Part shown: piece by piece, positions 12,230-22,364 of the stretch
How the letters are laid out: each line of letters opens with the position of its first letter
How positions within the stretch are numbered: position 1 is the first letter of the stretch
Assembly: GCA_050084515.1 (NCBI GenBank)
Contig: CM114271.1
Coordinates: forward strand, 28,582,001-28,646,000
DNA: 64,000 nucleotides
Direction: 5' to 3'
DNA from: Blasia pusilla
Lineage: Eukaryota
The notes under the pieces: generated by a model
What the model was told of the DNA's origin: nothing
The model's database searches: none
What the model saw: only the letters and a program-made list of their open reading frames with translations
Made by a program: the position numbers and the translations under genes

Positions 12230-15175
12230 TTTTGCCTTCAGTATGAGAGACTTGGGTTGAAGGGTCGGGATACGGATTGAGTTGGCTAGTGATACGCCAA
12301 TCTTTCGTCGACCCTACAGGTATTCTCGATATGGAGCGAGCCTTGATTGAGCAGAGTCAAGACTTGTGGAGTTATCACATGGGGAGTATGCATCCGCCAT
12401 TCATGTCATGCGGCGAAGAAGGATATGTATGGCAATTGGACGGATAGGCAGATGTGTGGAGATTATCGTTCTATCAACCGACAGACGAGGTCAGATCAGT
12501 ATGCCATGCCTACTCTTGAGGAGATCTTTGATGCGGTAGGGCATGCAAAGATCTTGAAGACGTTAGATCTCGTCTTTGGCTATCATCGGCCTTCCTATCA
12601 GTTGGAGGACAGGAGAAGACAACATTCTGGGGATAGATCGGTTCGGGAGAGATTGCTTGTATCGATGGCGGTTCTTACCATTTGGGTTGAAGAATGCGCT
12701 CGGAGTTTCGAGAGTGATGGATAGGATTCTGGGTGGCTTGGATTTTGTACGATGTTACATAGATAATATTCTTATCTTGATTCCACGGTTGAGGAGCATG
12801 AGCGACACTTGGAGGAGGTGTTTGGCGATTGCGATTACATGGACTGAAGTTACATCCGGCAAGTGCAGATTCTTTCAGAGCAGATTGAGTACTTGGGACA
12901 CACCATATACCCGAGTGGGTTAGGCGTTCAGCAGACGAAGGTAGAGGCTATTGCGCAGATTCCACGCCCTACAGATGTGAGTCGAGTCCGAACATTTCTT
13001 GGACTGGCGAACTTCTATCGACGGTATGTCTAGGGTTTTAGTGCGATCGCAAAGTCTTTGACCTTGTTGACGAGACTTGATCAGGTGTGGTTGTGGGGAG
13101 ATGATCAGGAGCGAGCATTTCAGAGCTCAGGACGAGTTGACGTCCTCACCCATTTTCTGAGAGACCGGTTAGGGGTCGCCCATTCCAGTTACATACGGAT
13201 TGGAGCATGTTGGGTCTAGGAGGAGTGCTTACTCAGAGGGATGACGAGGAGAGGGAGTTCGTTGTGGCTTACGCGAGTTGATTGAACAACATTGCAGAGG
13301 CAAAGTACAGCTCCTATGAGGGAGAGTGCTTGGCTGCAGTGTGGGCCGTGGCACATTTTAGGTGCTATTTATTCGGCAACCCTTTCACACTTATCATTGA
13401 TCATCAGCCGTTGAGATGGTTGATGGAGTCCGACAAGCTTACGGGAAAGCTTGCCAGGTGGGCTCTATTACTACAGGAGTATGAGTTTGAGGTGGTTCAT
13501 AGGCCAGGTTGGCTGAACCAGGATGCGGATGGGTTGAGTCGTAACCCATGTCCGAGTCAGAGAGACGTCACGGGAGCTCGATGGCACGGAGAGAGTGATG
13601 AGGAGATGGTGCCCGATTGGCATGCATCTGCCTATCTTTGTTGGTTGACTATGGTAGGTCAGCCACAGGTGATGACTCAGTGGTGGGGTTGGATGATGAG
13701 TCTTTGGATCCGGAGGTCAGTGAGGAGGTGACATGTGGTCGTGATATCCATGACGACGTGGAGGTTGTGGAGTTCTTGCGCACTGGCGTCATAGCGAGCA
13801 CAGTGAGTACTAGGGAGCGGGATCGGATCCTACAGAGAGCCAAGAGGTTCAGGTGGGAGGGGACTCACATTTTGCGGGTATGGGGAGATGGTAGGATACG
13901 AGTGGTACCTCATCCTTCCCAGCAAGCACGTGTAGTGCGACATGCCCATGAGGAGTTGGGACATTTCGAGTAAAGCGTTACGACTTACTCTAGGTTCGAT
14001 ATTGGTGGCGCGGCATGCATCTTTGGGTGTTGAGCGGTTGTGGCGGATGTATGGTATGTGACAGAGTGCGAGCATCCTTCAATGCTCCCACTCAGATTAC
14101 ATCCTTTGCCGATTATGGGTTTAGGTTATCGGTGGAGTTTAGACTTTTTGCGGGACCTTTGCCATTGACATGGCGTCATCATAGGTGCGTGTTGGTCATG
14201 GTGGAGCATTTCTCCAAGTGGATAGAGTTGGTGGCACTACCGGACAAAGCGGCGAGGGAACTTATGCATTTCTAGATCGTGTGCTTAGTCACTTTGGTGC
14301 ACCGGCGGAGGTGTTGAGTGACCAGGGTACCGAGTTTAGGGGAGAGTTTCAGGCCTTGTGTGATCAGGCGCTGATAGATCACCGCACCACGTCCAGGGAT
14401 CATCCTGAGGCGGATAGATTGGCGGAGAGAGTGGTACAGACGGTGAAGAGAGGATTGCGCAAGTATGGCTTGCAGCGAGGACAGTTGAGGGAGTGGGACC
14501 TACAGTTGCCATGGTTGGCTATGGGTTATCGCTTTAGTCGGCAGGCATCCTTGGCGTCATTTTCACCATACTTTTTGCTCTTTGAGAGAGAGCCAGATTT
14601 ACCTGCAGCGATTCGACGTGACATGGCGGAGGTGTTAGATCTTGATGATCCAGATGTGTGGGTGCAAGCATGTTCTCAGAGGGCAGAAGTTTTTCGTAGA
14701 GTTATGCCAATGGCCTTTGAGAACTTAGCTATTGCCCAGCATAGAGATACATTGAGGTACGCGACCATTCGTGGAGGAGGTTATCGTCTAGGGATTAGGA
14801 GGTTTCATCCTAGAGATAACGTGTATTTACAGCCGGCGGCACCCACGACGCTAGATGTCACTGCAGGGCGCACGATCCTACGTGTGCGCGAGGTATTACC
14901 GACCGGAGTCCTCATGTTGGAGGGACGAGATGGTATGGTTTGGAAGGATCATGTGCGCAATTGTGCGCCATGTCATCTTCCGAACGTAGATGGGATGGTG
15001 GATCCAAGCTTGGCGGTGGTACTGCAAGCTTGAGGTGTATGTTGTGCGGATCACGAGAGTGCGGCCACCATGTTGGTATGTGATGGTTGTTCTCGAGGGT
15101 GGCATATGTCATGTCTGACCCCCCCCTCTTGATGTGGTTCCCACGGGACGATGGATGTGTCCGAGATGTGTATAG
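12230..15175 (+). pseudogene. RT, RNase H, integrase and PHD finger of the DNMT-bearing element (frameshifted)
   Basis: RT MCGDYRSINRQT...TLDL..GY and YIDNILI; RNase H LHTDWS...YSSYEGECLAAVWAV; integrase HAHEELGHF...CMVC and SDQGTEF...AERVVQTVK; PHD C4HC3 at 15036-15175. Confidence 0.93.
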
Positions 15176-15246
15176 GGTAGTAGGTCATGTCAGAGAGATG
15201 TGATATTTTCTATCTGGAGTTAGGAGGATCCAAGCGCCTAGAAGCG

Positions 15247-15993
15247 GTTGTGTGATCTCCATGTATATGTATGAGTTTATTTTTGTACATGTGTGGATCG
15301 ACCCGTGTGTGGGGAAGATCGGTGTTATGTGGTGTAGATGTGACGAGCGATGTATGTTGTGTAGCGATATGTATGCGCACGACAGTTGTCACATCTGAGT
15401 AGCCGATAGGCCGAGATCTATCGTGGATAGGGCGAGGAGCCGGACTATCTTGAGTGTAACTTTGTCCCCAAAGGTGTCGGATGAGGTTGAGGATAGGTCC
15501 ATTGTGTCGAACGTCATTTTTACGACTTTCATGTTTAGGTCTTTACAGTAGGGTGACTTGTCGACCAGGTCACACCCCAGTAACTGTCTTGAAAGTTACC
15601 AAGGGAAGGGCTATTTTTGGGGTTTGAGCCTTTTGGCTCTTCCCAACCTATATAAGAGAGGAAGATGGCTTTCCTAAGCCATCTTTCTCATGTTGGGTCG
15701 TTGGAGCACCTCCCTTGTATGTGTGTGAGCTAGGACTAGGGTGCTAGCGTCCGGATTCCTTGATAGCACAAGGTGGACGAGGCTCGATATGCCGATGTAG
15801 ATTGAGGAGTGGAGTTTTAGGCCGGGTGTGCCGTTTTTGCTACTCTTTATTTTTTGATGTGTGATCTCCATGTATATGTATGAGTTCATTTTTGTACATG
15901 TGTGGATCGACCCGTGTGTGGGGAAGATCGGTGTTGTGTGGTGTAGATGTGACGAGCGATGTATGTTGTGTAGCGATATGTATGCGCACGACA
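15247..15993 (+). repeat. 3' terminal repeat block B1-A2-B2
   Basis: B1 (15247-15384) and B2 (15856-15993) are near-identical 138-bp copies flanking A2; the B1/A2 junction is GACA-GT-TGTC. Confidence 0.93.
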
Positions 15994-18900
15994 GGTCCCA
16001 TGTAAGACCACCGACAACACTAAGCTCCTAAATAAGAACTTTCTAAGACCTAGGATACAAGATGAGCTCTTCTATACCGATTTAAAAATGAATATATAGC
16101 TTTGTAACGAGCTTATACTCTCTTTTGCACCCAAAGTGCCCAACTATAATCATGAGATAAATCAATGCGTAGATATTTATAACTCCTCATTTTTCTAATT
16201 GTTGAAATTTTTAAAAGAAGGAGAATTTGGATCTAGTATCCATTATAATGATTTTAGACTTCACCATATTAACCTCCATCTGATTTTGGGTACAAAAACT
16301 TGCCAAAGTGTCGAGGCGTTTTTTGAAACTAATACCATCACGTGCTAGTAATATGATATAAATAAATTTTTAATAAAAAAAGTCTCCAAGCTGGACATCT
16401 TCATTGTCACATTCTTCCAACCACTTTTCGATATCATATAGGAAAACTCCAAATAGAGTAGGGGAGAGAGGGCAACATTAAGTGACTCCGATAGTACTCA
16501 AGATCTCTTGAGTTTGTGAATCTTTGATCTTGGCTTGAATGGAATGGTACAACGTGACCACGGCAACTAGAAGATATTTTGGTACTCCAATGGCTCGCAA
16601 CCTATCCCATAAGAGCTCAGGAGATAACATATTAAAAGCTTTCTTGAAATCGATGAAACTGCAAAATAAAGCTTTTCCATTGCCCTTAGATTTCTCCCAT
16701 GAAACACGTAAGGCCAAGATATGGTCGATGGTGTTGTATGTTGTGCAAAAACCAACTTGGACTCTACTCTCTTTTGAAAAGACTCCGTCCATGCACTCAA
16801 TTTTGACTCCACCAATTTCCCAAACAGCTTGGCAAAGACACTACCCGCCATGATAGAGCGATAGTTTGTCACCAAATCCTTCCTTCCTGATTTGTGAATA
16901 GGAACAATCTCTTGTAGCGACCAAGTAGAAGGAAAACCATAGATAGCAGCATCACCCAATACTTTGGTGAGGATCGGCCCAATAGAATCTCCTTCCCACT
17001 TGAGAAGTTCAACCGAATGACCATCCAAATCCTCATATATGCCATTTTCTAATTTTCTTAGTTGAGTCATCACGTATGCTTCAGAGAATAAGCCTGGTAT
17101 GCCATCACAATGGGACATAGATGTAGCATGGGGGAAGAAATACAACTTTTCAGCAAAAGATATCAAAGACTAGGGATCAAAATAGGTTTTGAAGACCGTA
17201 CTACTAACCGTCTCCAAAATGATTTGGGGTCGTTATGGAGTTCTCTTGTTCGAAATTCCTGCTTCAGCTACAAGAAATCTTGTTTCTTAGATTTCACCAA
17301 GTGTTTGTAAAGGCTCGTCATGATAAGCCGATTTTGGAGATCCAAAGATTTTCCCATTAATCATAACCTTGCTTGCTTGCATTTAGAGTCAAACCACCCA
17401 TTACAAGGCAGCCTCCTAGCACTTCTACCCCTGTGACGGGAAAAGAACTTGGATGTAGTGTTCTTGAGCAATTTGGTTGGTTGCAAACTTGTTGTGTATT
17501 GATGAGGGCTCCATACAATGTGAGTCTAGAGTTGTTGTAAATGTAGCCTGTAAAGATTTTTTTTACGAGGATCTAATCAAAACTTGGGAGAAGCTAAAAC
17601 GGATTGACATGTTGAGAGAGGAACTTTCTTCGACAATGAGAAAGTATACAAAAGAGGCTCATGATCAGATTCAGATAGAGCTTCTAAAATTTCAAACGTA
17701 GAGATATGAGAGCTATTAGTGGGTGAGGAGAGAAGATAGTCGATGAAGCTAGCACCGGTAGAGGAGAAACATGTATTGGCCTTTTGACCCTTTGGATCCC
17801 ACAGGCTTGATCTAAAGATGCTCGCGGAGTGCCATTTACCATTTATTGGAGTGAGAGTTGGGAAAATGAGAGGTTCCATTAAGAACTTTCAAATTATAAG
17901 TGGCTCCAAAAGTTAAAAAATGCTCTATCAAAGGATTTGTAGAAAGATCTGAAGAGATTCTAGACCACAAACCATCCTCTGGTTCTTCAAGAAGAGGAGA
18001 AGTCAAGGACTCACTAAAATGGGTAAATTGAGCAGTACATGTGCGAGCATTGAAATCCCCAACTAGAAAGACTTCACCTTTGCTTTGATATTTGAGAACA
18101 TCCTCAATAAGTCGATGAAATGGTTGACTCTAACTGCAAGTACACGTTGAGTAGATAAGCATGGACAATGGTCCAAAATAACAAATTGTCAAATAACAAT
18201 AAGATCCCCCTACCAAACCAAGATGTAGCCAATGATATTGGCCCCCAATGTCTTGATCTTCTAGATGTATGAGATGTAGAAATGAAGACCTTATGAAAGT
18301 AGCAATACCGCCATAACCCCTGTTTCATGTTGCCTTCTTTTGTTCCATGTTGATCCCACCAAAGTAAACCTTTGCATCTTTACAATAGTATTGCTCTCAT
18401 GTTCCCAAGTCTCCACAATATTGATGATGTCCGCCATCTTCCAAATTGGTAGAACACTCACATACTTTGTTGTTGAAAGACGGCGTATATTCCACATGAA
18501 CACTCTCAACTTCTTGGATTCCTAGGTTGATAAGTCTCTCTTTCTATTGGTAGCAATTGCTCGACCATCGTGTATAAAAGTTATAAAACTTGCTTCTTGC
18601 GCCTCTTTGACCTTTGCAAGCTCCTTTCTGCTAGTTTCAACTTGTAAAAGTGTAAGATCATGATCCAACCATACCCTCTGTCCTTTGAGAATGGCCTTGT
18701 TATCCATGGTAGTATCACATTGAGTTTGATCAAAAAACTTAACTAGAATAGCACGAGGTTGTGTTCCCTTTTTCCTCATGCGAAAAGCTTGAGCCAATTC
18801 CAGGTTGTGAACATGAAGTGTATCAATCAAGAACTTTGTGACAACACTCTTCACCTCTTCACTCTCTATTTCTGGAAATCTTGAGATTTCACATTCTTTC

Positions 18901-19520
18901 TACGTGGAAATTGGTTCTCCTTTTTTTTTTAATCTTTGGCTCTTGATAGAAAAAGATATGAGCAATCTTTGTAGCTTTAATTTGCACAATATTTCATTTT
19001 CACTTCCAAAGTTTCAACAACCTCATGCAATCTTGAACTATAGGGAGTAGTTGTTAAGGATGATGCCTTCTCTTGAACATCCACAATAGATTTGGAAAGA
19101 TCCACCATCACACTAGAACTATCTTTCAACACCTTCTTCAAAACCTCTAACATTGCCTTCAACTCTCGAATATGTGCAAGGTTCAATTGAGAAGTACGTA
19201 CCTTGAATTCTTGTCAAAGCTCTTTCAATTTATGCAAGACCACTTGTTCTAGATTCAAGATTTCCTCTTGAGTAGTCATCATGAAGTGGACTTCACTATA
19301 TCCCCGATATTACACGACCTACAATCAAATAGAGCAGAATCTCCAACACCACGCAACTTCTTCTTTATAAGTCGGTTGTGCTTGAAATTTTGAGCAATTC
19401 TGTGCCTTGTCAAATCCTAAAAGCTACAAGATCAGAATCTCCAACACCCTACAACTTCTTCTCTACAAGTCAATTATGCTTGAAAGTTTGAGCAATTTTG
19501 GATCTTGGCAACCTCCATCC
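15994..19520 (-). mobile_element. RTEX-like LINE: 5'UTR, ORF1 (~19310-18522) and ORF2 APE-RT (from ~18521), degraded
   Basis: APE motifs LRVFMWNI, NIVETW, LVGDFNA, IDYLL, SDH; RT motifs IVPIHKSG, FIDFKKAF, CPLSPTLF; many stops. Confidence 0.9.
17780..17843 (+). mobile_element. 64-bp 5'-truncated LINE 3' end with TSD
   Basis: LINE terminal motif CTTTTGACCCTTTGGATCCCACAGGCTTGATCTA plus ATTTACCATT tail; TATTGG duplicated at 17774-17779 and 17844-17849; the site is empty in the paralog near 36060. Confidence 0.8.
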
Positions 19521-19529
19521 TCCTTGACG

Positions 19530-21725
19530 GCTTATCATGACGTGCCTTTACAAACACTTGGTGAAATCCAAGAAACAAGTTTTCTTGCAGCGGAAGCAAG
19601 AGTCCTTAACAAGGGAACTCCATGACGACCCCAAATCATTCTAGAGGCGGTTAATAGTACGGTCTTCAAAACCTACTCTTGATTCAAAGTCTTTGATATC
19701 TTTTGCTGAAAAGCTCGACTTCTTTCCCCATGCTACTACATCTATGTCGCGTTGTGGAGGCATACCAGGCTTATTCTCTCAAGCAGAGGTGATGACTCAA
19801 CTACGAAGATTAGCAAATGGAAAATGTGAGGATCTAGATGGTCTTTCTATTGAACTTCTCAAGTGGGGAGAAGATTCTATCGGACCGATCCTCACCAAAG
19901 TATTGGGTGATGCTGCTATCTATGGTTTTCCTTCTACTTGATCGCTACGAGAGATTTTCCTATTCACAAATCAAGAAGGAAGGAATTTGTGACAAACTAT
20001 CGTACTATCATGGTAGATAGTATTTTTGCCAAGTTGTTTGGGAAATTGATGGAGTCAAAGTTGAGCGGATGGACAGAGTCTTTCCAAAAGAGAGCACGGG
20101 TCCAAGTTGGTTTTCGTCCAACATACAATACCATCGACCATATCTTGGTCTGACGTGTTTTATGGGAGAAATCTAAGGGCAATGGGACAGCTTAACTTTG
20201 CGATTTCATCAATTTCAAGAAAGCTTTTGATATCGTAAGCTCTTATGGGATAGGCTGCAAGCCATTGGAGTACCACCAAATCTCCTAGCAGCCGTGGCCA
20301 CATTGTACCATTCCGTTCGGGCCAAGATCAAAGCTTCACAAACTCAAGAGATCTTGAGTACTATCGGAATCATTCAAGGTTGCCCTCTCTCCCCTACTCT
20401 ATTTGGAGTTTTCATAGATGATATCGAAAAGTGGTTGGAGGAATGTGATAGTGAGGGTATCACGCTTGGGGGCTTTATCATCAAAGCTCTACTGTATGCA
20501 GATGATATCATATTACTAGCACGTGATGGCGTTAATTTACAAAAACTCCTCGACACTTTGGCAAGTTTTTGTACCCATAATCAGATGGAGGTTAATATGG
20601 AGAAGTCTAAAGTCATTATAGTGGATACTATATCCAAGTTCTCGTTCTTTTATAAAGGTCTACAATTAAAACAAGTGAAGAGTTACAAATATCTAGGCAT
20701 TGATTTCTCTCATGACTATAGTTGGACACGTTGCGTGCAAAAGAGAGTAGAAGCTGGTTACAAAGCTCTATATTCATTTTTAAATTGGTGTAGAAGAGCT
20801 CATCTTGTGTCCTTGGGTCTTAGGAAGTTCTTATTTAGGAGCTTAGTGTTGCCCGTGGTCTTATATGGGATCTGAGTTTGGGGCCCTAGTTGTAAGAAGA
20901 CAAGTAGAGAGCGCATTGAGAGGTTGCAAAAGATCATTCTACAAGAAGAATTGGGTGTAAGAAACCAAACTCCTTATGCTTTTCTTCTTGCGGAAACAAG
21001 TTGTCTTCCTCTAGAGGTTGAATTCTCTACTTGACCATCACTTATATTGCACGCGTGAGATCTCTTGATGTTTCTCGTCTCCCTCATCAAGTTTTGCGAA
21101 CCACACGTTCCATAGGGTGGATTTTGGATGTGGTAACTTGGTCTTCAAAGTGGAATGTGGCGGAATGAGATTGGGACTTGAAACCGATGGCACTTCGCGA
21201 TCATCTACAAAAGCAATTTCTCAACATTATTTGGAGCAACGTGGGCACAAAAATGGAGTATTATCAACTTCATGTTAATCCTATTGTGAACAAGGATAGC
21301 TTCTTGCGAGGATCTCCACATTCTTATGTCATATTATTGCACGACATAGAAGTGGGTCTCATAGGCAAGGAATTGAGGAACACCGATGGTTTAATATTGA
21401 TAGAAGTGAATAAATTTGTAGGTTATGTGACGGAGAAAATATCGAGGATGAAGAGCATGTGTTTGTTATATGCCCAAGATATGAAGAGATTAGACTATCT
21501 CATAAAATAGATGTGCAGAATTTCTATTCTTTACTACAACTAGTGCCTTATGATTTAGGTTGTTTTAGTAGGGATGTCATTATTCATTGCTCAAATGCTC
21601 TTGGAAATAGCTAGGAGAAGGTCTCTAGGATCTTTTTTCGGGTTAGTGAATGAATAACTTGTAATGTGTTTTTTAGCCTTTGGATCCTTTGGGTTGCACA
21701 GGCTTGATCTATTTACCATTTACCA
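19530..21725 (+). mobile_element. 5'-truncated RTEX-like LINE (RT, C-terminal Cys/His domain, 3' tail)
   Basis: QGCPLSPTLF, LLYADD and YKYLG in ORF 20294-20875; ends GGCTTGATCT-ATTTACC-ATTTACC. Confidence 0.92.
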
Positions 21726-21729
21726 ATTA

Positions 21730-22360
21730 TTTGCAAATTTCTGCTTGAGATCACCACCCCCCACAAAGATATAGCCTCCGCAATATTTTGAGCTCAAATC
21801 TACAAGACTAGAATCTTCAACACCACACAACGTCTTCTCTATGATTTGGTTGTGCTTGAGATTTTGAGAAGTTGTGTGCTTTGGAAACGTCCAACTTACC
21901 AATAAAATTTCAGCTTGAGATCAGAACCCCCCACAAAGATACAGTCTCTGCAAGATTTTGAGCTCTAATCTTCAAATCTACAAGATCAAAATTTCCAACA
22001 CCACACAACTTCTTCTCTATAAATTGGTTGCCCTTGAAATAGTGAGAAATTATGCACCTAGGAAACCTTCAACTTCCCTAAAAATTCTAGCTTGAGATCA
22101 CAATACACCACAAAGATAGAGCCTTGCAAGATTCTAAGTTCCAATCCTCAAATCTACAAGATCGGAATCTTCGACACCATACAACTTCTTCCCTATAAAT
22201 CAATTATCCTTGAAAGTTTAAGCAGTTGTGCACCTTGGAAACCTCCAATTTCCTTGCAAATTTCAGCTTGAGATCGCAACTCACTACAAAGATATAGCCT
22301 CCGCAAGATTATGAGCTCCAATCCTCAAATCTACAAGATCAGAATCTCCAACACCACCAC
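21730..22360 (-). repeat. Tandem ~175-bp monomers of the LINE 5'UTR type
   Basis: AAGATATAGCCTCCGCAAGATT...AAATCTACAAGATCAGAATCTCCAACACCAC recurs at about 21766, 21936, 22112 and 22289; the same monomer precedes ORF1 at 32700-33050. Confidence 0.85.
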
Positions 22361-22364
22361 ATCC

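Larger units (their letters stand above)
6379..15993 (+). mobile_element. Full-length Ty3/Gypsy-type retrotransposon carrying a DNMT3-like methyltransferase and PHD finger, with permuted (A...B-A-B) termini
   Basis: Ends TGTC...GACA; TSD GGTC at 6375-6378 and 15994-15997. Order is gag, protease (LLDSGAQ ~10180), C5-MTase, RT, RNase H, integrase, PHD. Repeats A1 6379-6852, B1 15247-15384, A2 15387-15855, B2 15856-15993. Confidence 0.93.

Noticed and set aside
6379-15993. DIRS/PAT/Ngaro tyrosine-recombinase element suggested by the split repeats
   Set aside because: No tyrosine recombinase motifs were seen; a protease, an rve-type integrase and a TSD are present.
15247-15993. B duplication as a one-off tandem duplication or nested solo LTR
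   Set aside because: The same layout occurs in the diverged copy at 24796-25541, and the TSD flanks A1 and B2.
21730-22360. CRISPR-like repeat array
   Set aside because: The units are long degenerate tandem monomers without unique spacers, in a eukaryotic context with no cas genes.
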